64,000 nt of DNA from Bdellovibrionales bacterium (GTDB lineage: Bacteria; Bdellovibrionota; Bdellovibrionia; Bdellovibrionales; UBA1609), in assembly GCA_965261545.1 (NCBI GenBank), contig CBDHDF010000010.1:352001-416000 (forward strand), in the 5' to 3' direction. The translations under genes were made by a program, and so were the position numbers. Under the pieces are notes generated by a model. It saw nothing but the letters and a program-made list of their open reading frames with translations. It made no database searches and was not told where the DNA came from. Positions 32,711 through 43,042 of this stretch are shown piece after piece (the stretch's first letter is position 1; each line of letters starts with the position of its first letter).

Positions 32711-33374
32711 ATAACTCCCGTTATCCCTAGAAGACTCACCAACGAGCCACACACCACATAGGTGAAGACTTAGATCCCCCTCAGGAGGCGCAGGGTCTCC
32801 ACCCACCCATGAATCCCTGCGAAGAATCATGCGAAGAAAGATATTCGAGTGACTCTCTTCGCCAATTCAATTCAGCAGAAAAACAAAACCACCATATACA
32901 CGAAAACCCTTGATACTACAACATGGAATGGACCGCTCCTTGGTGTCGTTTACTTATGACCCAATACGATGACCCAATACGATGACCCAGCGCGCCATTA
33001 ATTAGTTTACTTAATTCTTATTTACTTATTACTTTTTCTTTTACTTAAATTTTTTCTTTTTTACTCATAGGTGGTTGACATAATGCCCACTGAACACAAA
33101 CTTAATACGAACATAAGCTTGACCGCCGCCATGTCGCATGGCGGCGCAAGAGGAAAGATATCTCAACATTTTTCTGAGTTGACATGGATGTAAAATATGC
33201 CAATAGAAAACAATGCATTAAGTAAAGAGTACAAGAAAGATTTAGAGATAAAGTAAAGATATATAGCTCAATGAATGCGACGGAATATAATGCATCGCAA
33301 AATAATAATAGAACTCTTGAGTACAAATTTCTTTTCATTATAATTATTAATTGATCTATTAATTGATCTGATGA

Positions 33375-34130
33375 ATGCTGAAAGGAGAACAGATGATTAA
33401 AGTTTGCTCTGTCACCAAGTTCTTTGGAGATTTAACAGCCGTAGACAATGTGTCATTTGAGGCGAAACCGGGGGAGGTTCTCGGCTTTCTCGGTCCCAAT
33501 GGAGCGGGCAAGTCCACAACCATGAAAATGATTACAGGTTTTCTTACGCCAAGCCATGGAGGTATTGATATCTGTGGGCACTCCGTGGAAAAAGCCACCC
33601 AAAAAGCTCAAAAAGAAATAGGTTATATGCCTGAAAATGCACCCCTCTACGAAGAAATGTACACCCGAGAATTTTTAGAGTTCATTGCCGAAATGAGGGA
33701 AATGACACCAGAAAGTATCCCCTCTCAAGTGGATAAAGTCTTAAAAACCTGCTCCCTCCAAAGCGTAGAGTACCAAAAAATTGAAACCCTTTCCAAGGGG
33801 TATAAAAGAAGGGTCTCCCTCGCCCAAGCACTTATTCACAACCCAAAGGTTCTCATTCTCGATGAACCCACGGATGGCTTAGACCCCAACCAAAAACACG
33901 ATGTCCGCAAGCTCATCAAAGATCTAGCCAAAGAAAAATGTATTCTCGTTTCCACTCATATTTTAGAGGAAGTCGAAGAGATATGCAATCGCTGCATCAT
34001 CATTGGTCAGGGAAAAAGGCTTTTTGAAGGATATCCAAGCAAACTCAAATCCATGTCTGAAAGTGGGCGCATTCAAGATGTCTTTAGAGCACTCACCACA
34101 GGCCAACCTGTAAAAGGAGTGACATTATGA
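33375..34130 (+). CDS. ABC ATPase (GldA-like)
   Basis: GPNGAGKST, LSKGY, ILDEPT. Confidence 0.93.
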   Translation: MLKGEQMIKVCSVTKFFGDLTAVDNVSFEAKPGEVLGFLGPNGAGKSTTMKMITGFLTPSHGGIDICGHSVEKATQKAQKEIGYMPENAPLYEEMYTREFLEFIAEMREMTPESIPSQVDKVLKTCSLQSVEYQKIETLSKGYKRRVSLAQALIHNPKVLILDEPTDGLDPNQKHDVRKLIKDLAKEKCILVSTHILEEVEEICNRCIIIGQGKRLFEGYPSKLKSMSESGRIQDVFRALTTGQPVKGVTL

Positions 34131-34873
34131 TGACGAAGCCTGCCAAAAAACTATTTTGTAAGGAACTCACCAGTTACTTTAAGACACCCATTGGTTATGT
34201 TTTTCTCGTCATTTTTCTCTTTGGAATCGGATACCTCACTTTCGAGCCCGGTCGAGGCTCCTTTTTTATTATGAGACAAGCCTCACTCACTCCCTTTTTT
34301 CAATACATGCCCTGGATGTTTGTGTTTTTAATCCCAGCTGTCAGCATGAAGCTTTGGGCAGAAGAAAGGCGGTCTGGAACCATTGAGCTCCTTTTGACTA
34401 TGCCCATAAATGTCTCCCAAGCCGTCATCATGAAGTTTTTGGCCTCTTGGGCTTTTATTGGAATTGCTCTCCTTGGAACTCTCCCTATGGTCTTCACTAC
34501 CTTATACTTGGGCCAACCCGATCTTGGAGTGATTTTTCTTGGATATATGGGTTCTTTTTTCATGGCGGGGACGCTGCTTGCCATCAGTGGATTTTTTTCA
34601 GCCCTCACAAAAAATCAAGTGGTCTCCTTTATCCTCAGCCTCGTTGTCTGTTTTGCCTTTATCATGGCAGGCTCTCCCCCCGTTCTCAATTTTGTATCCA
34701 CCGTTTTGCCTTCTTACTTTATTGACCTTCTAGAATCCGTCAGTATCCTCAATCATTTTGAGATGATGGAAAGAGGTGTTTTGTCCCTCAGTCAATTCTG
34801 GTTCTTTGTCGTAATGATCACATGCTGGATCTACGCAAGCATCATTCTCTTGGAGGAAAACAAAGCTGTGTAA
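34127..34873 (+). CDS. ABC permease (GldF-like)
   Basis: AEERRSGTIELLLT motif; multiple TM helices. Confidence 0.92.
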   Translation: MMTKPAKKLFCKELTSYFKTPIGYVFLVIFLFGIGYLTFEPGRGSFFIMRQASLTPFFQYMPWMFVFLIPAVSMKLWAEERRSGTIELLLTMPINVSQAVIMKFLASWAFIGIALLGTLPMVFTTLYLGQPDLGVIFLGYMGSFFMAGTLLAISGFFSALTKNQVVSFILSLVVCFAFIMAGSPPVLNFVSTVLPSYFIDLLESVSILNHFEMMERGVLSLSQFWFFVVMITCWIYASIILLEENKAV

Positions 34874-35002
34874 GATGAGGTTACGACAAAGATATGTGAA
34901 TAAGATGTAAAAATATGTGAGAAAAATAGAATAGAACAAAATATTAAGAAAAGAAGATCGTATAAGATAAAGAATAATAAAAGAAGAATAGGAAGTAAGA
35001 AC

Positions 35003-37054
35003 ATGGCAGACAAATCGACTCAGAGTGCAAAGAAAAATGTCAAAATAAATCTAAAAAAAGAGGGAGCCACCTGTCGAAACGAAAATTTCCTCAAAACTAT
35101 TTTGAGCCTCCTCTCTATGCTTTTTCTTATCTATATTGGCTCTCACACCCTTAAGTGGATAAAGGTAGATATCACAGAAGAAAAACTCTACACCATATCT
35201 TCAGGTACAAAATCTATTCTTCAAAAACTTGACACCCCCATTAAGCTCAAGCTCTATTACTCCAAAATCGCAGCCAACAAAGGCTCCGAGGGACTAAGAA
35301 ATTTCAACAACCATTTTCACTACGTCCACGAACTTCTCAAAGAATACCTAAGACATTCACGAAACAATCTTCAACTTCAAGTCATCGACCCAAGACCCGA
35401 CACCCCTGAAGAAGAAGATGCCATGGCCTATGGACTCAACCAATTTCAGCTTACAGATACGGAGAAATACTTTTTTGGTCTTGTCGCTGAGAATGAATCG
35501 GGAACAGAAAAAATCATCGAATTTTTCAATCCCAACGAAAAAGACCGTGTTGAATACGATCTCACCAAGCTTATTTACACCATTCAAAACCCCAAGAAAA
35601 AAACCATTGGCATTCTGTCTTCCCTCGATGTTATGGCTGACAAAGACCTCAGCCCCTACATGGCTCAAATCATGCGTATGCAAGGCCAAGCCACCCAAGA
35701 ATCTTGGATCATCACTCGCCTTCTTAAAGATCTTTACGAGATTAAAAAAATTCCAAAAGAGACAGAAAGTATTGCCAGTGTTGACTCCTTGGCCATCATA
35801 CACCCCAAAGGGTTTTCAGAAAAAACTCTTTTTGCCATCGATCAGTACCTCATGAGGGGCGGTAATTTGATTGTTCTCGTTGATCCCCACGCCGTTGTCG
35901 ACACAACCTCTCAACAAAGTCTGGACGGTGGTTCTCCCGACAAAGGCTTTCAAAAACTCATGGATAAATGGGGTGTGGAAGCACCCAGCCATATGTTTGC
36001 AGGCGACAAATACCTAAGTGGCGTAGGCCAGGTTAGTCGCCGCCAAAGACCTCAAAGGCTTTTAGCCCTCCTTCGCTGCAATGATAAATGTTCATCTTCT
36101 TTCAAGGACCCTATTTCATCGAGCCTGAACAGTCTCTCTTTCATTTACCCCGGAGTTTTGCGAGCAAAAGAACTGGAAGGTCTCACAGTAACTCCCATTC
36201 TTTCTACCTCTGACAAAGGCAACAGCTACACGGCACATATTCACGAGTTGAACAACCCCTCTCGTCTATGGGAAAATTTTTCTGATGGGAATAAGCCGGT
36301 CATCATTGCTCAAAAAATTCTTGGTAAATTCAAAACGGCCTTCCCAAAAGGTTTAGAAAATGAGGAAAAGGGTAAGAAAAAGAAGAAAGTAAAAAATCAA
36401 GAAGCGCCCCCCAGGGAAGAACTCATCCAAGAAAGTCAGAAAGAATCAGCCATTATTGTCTTTGCCGATGTTGACTTCATTGCCGATCCCTTTGCTTTCA
36501 AACAATCTTTCTTTGGAACAGCCTTGGCCAATAACAACAGCACCCTTCTCCTCAACGCCATTGAGGCCCTCTCTGGAGATGTCAACCTTATGTCAGTTCG
36601 CTCAAAAGTAAGAATCAATCGCTCCTTTGATGTGATTGAAAACATTGAATTTGCCGCTGAAAAAAAGACAGAAGACAAGGTCAAAGAGATCAATGCCAAC
36701 ATTGCAAGGGTTCAGGCTGAACTTAACCAACTGGGCAAACAAGCCAACGAAGGCAACATTGCCATCCTACAAAATGAAGGACTTAAAAAGCAAAAAAAGC
36801 TTGCTAAGCACATAGCCCTAATGAAGAAAGAACTCCGCTCTGTCAAACGCGAGGGACGAGAAAAAATTGAAACTATAGGTACAATCTTTCTTTACATCAA
36901 TACTCTTTTAGGTCCCCTCCTTGTCATCCTTGGGGGACTTTGGTATTCAAGAAAACGAAGAAAAAAAATGGCTAGCCCCCAAGAGGCTCCCCAAAAATTA
37001 GCAACTCCATCATCAGATCTTAGAAATATGGAAACCATAGGAGATAAAGCATGA
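35003..37054 (+). CDS. GldG-family ABC auxiliary component
   Basis: DITEEKLYTISSGT, EYDLTK, IDQYLMRGG. Confidence 0.88.
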   Translation: MADKSTQSAKKNVKINLKKEGATCRNENFLKTILSLLSMLFLIYIGSHTLKWIKVDITEEKLYTISSGTKSILQKLDTPIKLKLYYSKIAANKGSEGLRNFNNHFHYVHELLKEYLRHSRNNLQLQVIDPRPDTPEEEDAMAYGLNQFQLTDTEKYFFGLVAENESGTEKIIEFFNPNEKDRVEYDLTKLIYTIQNPKKKTIGILSSLDVMADKDLSPYMAQIMRMQGQATQESWIITRLLKDLYEIKKIPKETESIASVDSLAIIHPKGFSEKTLFAIDQYLMRGGNLIVLVDPHAVVDTTSQQSLDGGSPDKGFQKLMDKWGVEAPSHMFAGDKYLSGVGQVSRRQRPQRLLALLRCNDKCSSSFKDPISSSLNSLSFIYPGVLRAKELEGLTVTPILSTSDKGNSYTAHIHELNNPSRLWENFSDGNKPVIIAQKILGKFKTAFPKGLENEEKGKKKKKVKNQEAPPREELIQESQKESAIIVFADVDFIADPFAFKQSFFGTALANNNSTLLLNAIEALSGDVNLMSVRSKVRINRSFDVIENIEFAAEKKTEDKVKEINANIARVQAELNQLGKQANEGNIAILQNEGLKKQKKLAKHIALMKKELRSVKREGREKIETIGTIFLYINTLLGPLLVILGGLWYSRKRRKKMASPQEAPQKLATPSSDLRNMETIGDKA

Positions 37055-38091
37055 ACGTAAAAACCCTTGCCGCCATTACAGGAACTCTTTTTATTCTCTC
37101 CCTCGGAGTTTTTTATTTTGAAAATCGCCGAGGCACAGATCTTATTGAAGGCAGTGATTATATTAAGGGCCTTGACCTTGAAAAGATCCAAAAAATTTCT
37201 CTCTCATTTTCTGGGAATGAGAAAATCACATTCAACCGCGACGGTTCTCACTTTGTCATTGAAAACCACAAGTCCTATCCTGCTTCTACAGAAAAAATCA
37301 ACAATCTTATCTTTAAGATTGCAAGCCTTCAAGTCAAAGAAAAAATCACTTCTAAGCCTTCCGAGGAAGACCTTAAAAACTATAGCCTCAACCCAGAAAA
37401 TCGACAATATCTTGTTGAAATCTTTGATAATGACAAAAAAAAAACAGTCGCCTTTTCTGTGGGAAGATCTCGCAAAGGCAAGGGAAACTATCTTTATAAA
37501 GAAGGTGGAAAATATGTTTATCTCAGCAAAGACTCCATCTGGCTTAACTCCTCCTACCGGGATTTTATTAGCACACTCATTCTTGACCTTAAAAAGGATG
37601 ATATTGAGTCCATTCAACTGGCCATGAACGGCCCCACATCTCTACCCATTGAGCTTATGAGAAAAGATAATGATTTTACCCTCGTCAAACCTGAAAAAAA
37701 AGATTTTAAAAAAGAAAAAATTGAAGAATACTTTACCCACTTTGCTAACCTTAAATTTGACGAATTTTACAAGTATAACGACAAAGAAGTCCAAAGTCTC
37801 TCCTTTGATAAAGGAGTTAAGATTCTCCTTAAAAACAAGTTAACTTACAACCTAAGCCTTTCAAAAAAAGAAGATAATCACTTTATAAAAATCACGGCTA
37901 TCACCCAAGACATTCCCAAAACTGTAACTATTGATCAGAAGATGGATCAAGAGAAGATGAAAGAAATTGAGAATATGGCCAAAGCTCAAAGCCTTGCCCA
38001 AAGGTTTAACTTAAAAAAGGGAACATGGGTTTACAAAGTGAGTCCCTCAACTTTTTCAAAACTCGTCAAAAAAACCAAAGACTTTTTGTAG
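37051..38091 (+). CDS. DUF4340-like protein
   Basis: N-terminal TM; typical position after gldG. Confidence 0.7.
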   Translation: MNVKTLAAITGTLFILSLGVFYFENRRGTDLIEGSDYIKGLDLEKIQKISLSFSGNEKITFNRDGSHFVIENHKSYPASTEKINNLIFKIASLQVKEKITSKPSEEDLKNYSLNPENRQYLVEIFDNDKKKTVAFSVGRSRKGKGNYLYKEGGKYVYLSKDSIWLNSSYRDFISTLILDLKKDDIESIQLAMNGPTSLPIELMRKDNDFTLVKPEKKDFKKEKIEEYFTHFANLKFDEFYKYNDKEVQSLSFDKGVKILLKNKLTYNLSLSKKEDNHFIKITAITQDIPKTVTIDQKMDQEKMKEIENMAKAQSLAQRFNLKKGTWVYKVSPSTFSKLVKKTKDFL

Positions 38092-38171
38092 TTAATGGAC
38101 TTTTTGTATTGTATTGTATGGTATGGTAAATGCTCATCGCTGCTTTCTGAGACTTTTCGGAAAGAGACCCT

Positions 38172-39290
38172 TTAAAACAAATATTTCCTATAAGAAACAG
38201 AGCTGATAAGGCCAAGACCAAACATAGTGGTCAATAAGCTAGATCCCCCATAGGATAAAAGAGGAAGCGGTACACCCACAACAGGTAATAGACCAATAAC
38301 CATGCCTATATTGATAAACATGTGCCAAAAAAGAAATGATAGAACTCCAACAACAACAAGAGCACCAAATTTATCGGTCGCCTGCCCAGCAACTCTGATT
38401 CCAAGTAGATACAAAATGACAAAAAGACCAATGGTTGTGAAACTCCCCACAAACCCATGCTCCTCACTCAGAACGCTAAATATAAAATCAGAATGCCGCT
38501 CAGGAATAAACTCCAACTGAGATTGAGTTCCTTTGAGAAAGCCCTTTCCGAAAACACGTCCACTCCCCACAGCAATTTTGGATTGAATACTATTGTAGCC
38601 TGTCCCCCTGGGATCACGCCCCGGATAGACAAAAGTCAAAACACGATTTTTTTGATACTCTTTGAGCCCAAACTTCCAAGCTACAGGCAAAGCAATAAGA
38701 CTGATAATAAAAGTCACAATAAGAATGGGAATTCTAACCTTAACAAAAATAAGCATAGAAAAAGCCACCGCCATAATAAGAAGACCTGTCCCCAAGTCAG
38801 GTTGCTTAACTGTGAGCGCAAAGGGCACAAGTGTAAGTCCTAGGGGTAACAACAAATCTTTGAGATTCAATCCGTCATTTGTATGAACTTTAGAGAGGAT
38901 TCTTGCTAAAACTAAAATAATGGATAACTTGATTGTTTCCGAAGGTTGAAAGCGAAACCAACCAAAATCCAACCAGCGTTGGGCTCCATAAAATGATTTT
39001 CCCCAAAAAATAACTGCCACAAGACAACCTAAGTTGAGCAAATAAAACACATAGGCAAACCGACGAAAAAAACTATAATTAATAAATGTCACTACAATAA
39101 AAATGCTCCAACCTCCAAAGAGCCAAATCAACTGTTTCCAAAATTTAGATGTCAATGCAAAATTCACTCCATGGGTTGCGCTGTACAAATTAATAAGACC
39201 TATACAATTTAAAGAGACAACAGTAAGCACCAAGTTAAAATCGACTTTCTTGAACAAAGTTCGGTCTTGAATAAAAGCTTTAGTTCCCAT
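38172..39290 (-). CDS. rodA: Rod shape-determining protein RodA
   Basis: FQPSE, QPDLGT, PERHSDFIF, LSYGGSS. Confidence 0.97.
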   Translation of the reverse strand: MGTKAFIQDRTLFKKVDFNLVLTVVSLNCIGLINLYSATHGVNFALTSKFWKQLIWLFGGWSIFIVVTFINYSFFRRFAYVFYLLNLGCLVAVIFWGKSFYGAQRWLDFGWFRFQPSETIKLSIILVLARILSKVHTNDGLNLKDLLLPLGLTLVPFALTVKQPDLGTGLLIMAVAFSMLIFVKVRIPILIVTFIISLIALPVAWKFGLKEYQKNRVLTFVYPGRDPRGTGYNSIQSKIAVGSGRVFGKGFLKGTQSQLEFIPERHSDFIFSVLSEEHGFVGSFTTIGLFVILYLLGIRVAGQATDKFGALVVVGVLSFLFWHMFINIGMVIGLLPVVGVPLPLLSYGGSSLLTTMFGLGLISSVSYRKYLF

Positions 39291-41307
39291 AACTCAGCCC
39301 CCCCCCTGACTTCGTGATTTTGAGATTCGACTTCCTCGTTGTTTGTTTACGGACAGGCTTCTGAAAGGAAGAGTTTTTCTTCGCATCCAAAAGAGCAGGA
39401 TTGTAAATATTAAAGTAAGAACGAACAATATCTCTAAATACGGGCGCCCCTCCCCCTGACCCCGAACAACCGTGTTGGGCAAAAACAGCCACCGTCACTT
39501 CAGGAGCTTCTACAGGGGCAAAACCTACAAACCAACCATGATACCTTTGCTGAAGTGGCCTTTCCAAACATTTTTTATAAAGCTCCTTGGAAGAGAAAGA
39601 CATGGTTTGAACAGTTCCCGTTTTGCCCGCCATATTCAAGCCATGAACTTCGTACCACCTCGCCGTACCATGGGATCCTAAAAAAACTTGGCGTAAACCT
39701 TTTTTAATGGTTTGAAAGTGAGCACGTTCAATGAATGCTCTCCCCTCCTTGGCTTGAGTGATGTTATCTACAAATTCAGGCTGGTTTATAATAGTCTCTT
39801 TGCCGTCAAAGCCAATGTTTTTTTTCACTAAGAAGGGTTTGTAAGACACCCCTTCCATGGCAATCGTATTGAAAGCGTGAACCAACTGGAGAGTTGTGGC
39901 CAAAACAAAACCTTGGCCAATGGCATGGCTTAGATTTTCTCCTGGCTGCCATGGCTCTCCCCTGTTTTTCAGTTTCCACTGAGTTGTTGGCATTAGCCCT
40001 GGAGTTTCGTGGAACAGTTGAATACCTACTTTACGTCCAAACCCAAAGAGCTTTGCGTATTTGGCCATCCTATCAATACCAAGCTGCATACCCAGTTTGT
40101 AAAAAAACACATTGCTAGAGTGGGCAAGAGCGGTCACAATATTAATATGACCATGACCCGAGCGTCGAGCATCATGGTACGTTCTTCTCCCATAAACTAT
40201 GGAGCCTGGAGAAAAAACCTTAGTATTCTCCTCGACAATATTTTCTTGAAGAGCAGCCAAGGCGACAAAGGGCTTAAATACCGACCCTGGAGAGTAGTGA
40301 TCTTGTATCACCTTATTGCGCAGTGGATAAAAAGGATTGCTCACCAATTTGGACCATACCTCTTTAGAAATTCCATTGGTAAATTCATTGGGGTTGAAGG
40401 AGGGTGTGACCACCCAAGCAAGAATCTCTCCATTGCTCTTCATAACAACAGCACTGCCAATGCGAGGTCCAACCTTATCATTTCTCAGCATAGCTCGATA
40501 AGCCGCCTCTTGAATCTCTCTATCAATGGTAAGAACAAGGCTTGAGCCAGAGTTTGGATCCTGGCGCTCCAAATGAAAAGGGCCGACCCCCGAAGAGTAG
40601 GTTTTTCTCCCTCGTGCATCCACTTCTACAAGCTCAATACCATCCTTTCCTCGAATCTTCTGCTCCCAAATCTTCTCCAAACCATTCTTTCCAATAATAT
40701 CTCCTTGTTTAAAAGGAATTTCATTTTTATACTTTTTATTATATTGCTCTATTTGTTGTTTCGATATTTCCCCAACATAGCCAAATAGCTGAGCGCCGTT
40801 TTCGTTGAGAGGATAATGGCGTACAATAACTTGGGTGATATCCAGCCCTGGGTGGTTTAAACGCAATTGCCGAATTTTAAAAATTTCATCATGAGTCAAA
40901 CCTTCTTTAATGCGCACATCCCGAAAGGGACCGTTGAGACGGCGCCCCCTCCTCACCATTTCGATAATCTTCTTATCCTCCATATCCAATATTGGTGCTA
41001 TGGCAGTGGAAGTTTCTTTCAATTTCTTGGCATATTGAGGAGAAATAATCACAGCGTAATCGGGCCTATTCTCAACAAGCACGCGCTTTTTACGATCAAA
41101 GATAAACCCTCGAGATGCAGGAATCGTTGTCTTTTTAATCCGATTTTTTTCTGAATACTTCCTAAATTCTTGACCATAAATAATTTGTAAATACCACAGA
41201 CGCATAAAAATAATCGTTACTAAAAGAGCCAATGTACAATAAAGGATTTTATATCTTGGTTGATAGCTCTTTACTTCTTGCTGAGGGTTTGAAATTGTTT
41301 TGTTCAC
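39280..41307 (-). CDS. mrdA: Penicillin-binding protein 2
   Basis: SVFK, SSN and KTG motifs. Confidence 0.96.
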   Translation of the reverse strand: MNKTISNPQQEVKSYQPRYKILYCTLALLVTIIFMRLWYLQIIYGQEFRKYSEKNRIKKTTIPASRGFIFDRKKRVLVENRPDYAVIISPQYAKKLKETSTAIAPILDMEDKKIIEMVRRGRRLNGPFRDVRIKEGLTHDEIFKIRQLRLNHPGLDITQVIVRHYPLNENGAQLFGYVGEISKQQIEQYNKKYKNEIPFKQGDIIGKNGLEKIWEQKIRGKDGIELVEVDARGRKTYSSGVGPFHLERQDPNSGSSLVLTIDREIQEAAYRAMLRNDKVGPRIGSAVVMKSNGEILAWVVTPSFNPNEFTNGISKEVWSKLVSNPFYPLRNKVIQDHYSPGSVFKPFVALAALQENIVEENTKVFSPGSIVYGRRTYHDARRSGHGHINIVTALAHSSNVFFYKLGMQLGIDRMAKYAKLFGFGRKVGIQLFHETPGLMPTTQWKLKNRGEPWQPGENLSHAIGQGFVLATTLQLVHAFNTIAMEGVSYKPFLVKKNIGFDGKETIINQPEFVDNITQAKEGRAFIERAHFQTIKKGLRQVFLGSHGTARWYEVHGLNMAGKTGTVQTMSFSSKELYKKCLERPLQQRYHGWFVGFAPVEAPEVTVAVFAQHGCSGSGGGAPVFRDIVRSYFNIYNPALLDAKKNSSFQKPVRKQTTRKSNLKITKSGGGLSYGN

Positions 41308-41843
41308 AATTTATCCAGCCTCAACTCCGGGGGAGATTCCTTAGAAGTTAATATATCAAAGGCTCGAAAGACAAAGAAGAGAAAACGACTGAATAAAGCT
41401 GTCAAGCCACAGGCAAGAGCCCATTGAAAGACAGCTGGAAAACGCATGGGATTGGATTCAAAAATCCAAGAGACACCAAAGTGAACAAATGGAAAGGAAA
41501 GGGCCTGAAGACCGGCCAAAAACATCAAGTAAGAGGGGCCCGGCCAAAAAACATTTCTTTTTATTAAAAGTCCACCACCAAACAACAACATATTGATCAA
41601 AAGAACCATGCTCAATGACATAACTGTCAGAGAGGCTACAAGAAAAGATAAAAGATAAGTCATAATAATACCTTCCATCAGTCGTCTTGCCATCACCCAA
41701 TAGGCCAAAGTCACTATCCATAACTGAGGGAGGGGAATGCCTTGCAGTAATTGTGACCAAATAGGCTTGAGCAAGGAGAGCAAAAAAAGAGTCAATACCA
41801 AAAAAAGAAAATAATTGAGAACAATGAGATGGCGGCTTCTCAT
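41304..41843 (-). CDS. mreD: MreD-like membrane protein
   Basis: Hydrophobic; lies between mreC and mrdA. Confidence 0.75.
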   Translation of the reverse strand: MRSRHLIVLNYFLFLVLTLFLLSLLKPIWSQLLQGIPLPQLWIVTLAYWVMARRLMEGIIMTYLLSFLVASLTVMSLSMVLLINMLLFGGGLLIKRNVFWPGPSYLMFLAGLQALSFPFVHFGVSWIFESNPMRFPAVFQWALACGLTALFSRFLFFVFRAFDILTSKESPPELRLDKL

Positions 41844-42718
41844 ATCCTCTCTTTCGGAGTTCGATCTGATTTTTCGTTAAAATCTTTTTCGTTAAAATCT
41901 TCATTGCGGCTATTCAAAATAATAAATATTTCTTCTAGATTAAGGGGATTAACAACAGGATTGAGTAAAATCTCAGAATTAACATGCATAAGAGTCTTTT
42001 CGATTTTTTCAACAATGGCAATGGGAAACCCCTTGGGAAAAATATCTTGTAACCCACTTGTAACGACCAAATCTCCTTGGTGCACAAACTGATTCTTGAT
42101 GTAATTGAGCTGACAAGACTCTTTATTGAGACCCTCCACAATCCCACGGGCTCGCGTCCTTTGCACAATAGCATCAATGGATGCATAGCGGTCGGTGAGC
42201 AAAAGCACCTGAGAAGTCAAATACTGGGGACGAATGACATAGCCCACAACTCCCCCTACAGTGATAGCTGCCATGTGGCTTTTAACTCCATGCTTTGTCC
42301 CTCGATTGATGGTCAATGTATTGTGTTCGGGAAGTAGATCATTCCCAATAACCCTCGCGGCCAGAAGCTCCATCTGTGTATCTTGCTTAAACTCAAGTAG
42401 CTTTCTCAATCTTTCATTTTCTAACTTAAGCTCTGTCACAGAACCAAGCTCAGCTCTCAATTTGGCATTTTTATTGAGTAGCCCACGGTTTTCCTTACTT
42501 ACATTCACGAGATAAAGATAATCATTCGTGGTACCACGAATTCCTGAGGCAAAGTTTGAAAACAAACTCTGTATGAGATTAGAGGCAAAGGCAAAGGGGC
42601 GAACAGCCCAAAAAACCTCCTTTTGGGGAATCTTTTCTATACTGATAGAAAGCAGAGGAACTCCTACAATAAAAACCACAGCCATCCATTTGCGAATGTC
42701 TAACTTAGAAGAATTCAA
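41840..42718 (-). CDS. mreC: MreC
   Basis: ENERLRKLL, VVTSGL..IFPKGFPI. Confidence 0.95.
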   Translation of the reverse strand: MNSSKLDIRKWMAVVFIVGVPLLSISIEKIPQKEVFWAVRPFAFASNLIQSLFSNFASGIRGTTNDYLYLVNVSKENRGLLNKNAKLRAELGSVTELKLENERLRKLLEFKQDTQMELLAARVIGNDLLPEHNTLTINRGTKHGVKSHMAAITVGGVVGYVIRPQYLTSQVLLLTDRYASIDAIVQRTRARGIVEGLNKESCQLNYIKNQFVHQGDLVVTSGLQDIFPKGFPIAIVEKIEKTLMHVNSEILLNPVVNPLNLEEIFIILNSRNEDFNEKDFNEKSDRTPKERI

Positions 42719-43042
42719 TCCGACCTCTTTCTTTTTTCTATTTTACTATCAACTTTATTTATTATTCAGTAAATACTTACTCCCCCTTGATCTACAAGGG
42801 ATATATATGCTACAGGGTTATGACAACTCATGTAATTCATTTGTACTCAATGGAGTTCAAATAATCAAGTCACCAAGTTCTCCATGCCCCAACTGCTCAC
42901 CACAACCATGGGCGCCTGCGAGTGGATAAAGCTAGGGAGAGTAAAAAAATTGAGAAAAATGAGAAATCTACTTGAAAATTTCTTTAAAAATGGCCAATCT
43001 AGAGCTGTTTGCAGTTGTTGGAATGAACATTTGGAGTGAGCG

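Noticed and set aside
34874..35002. Purine-rich spacer between the gldF-like and gldG-like genes as ncRNA
   Set aside because: Low-complexity A/G tract with no evident structure.
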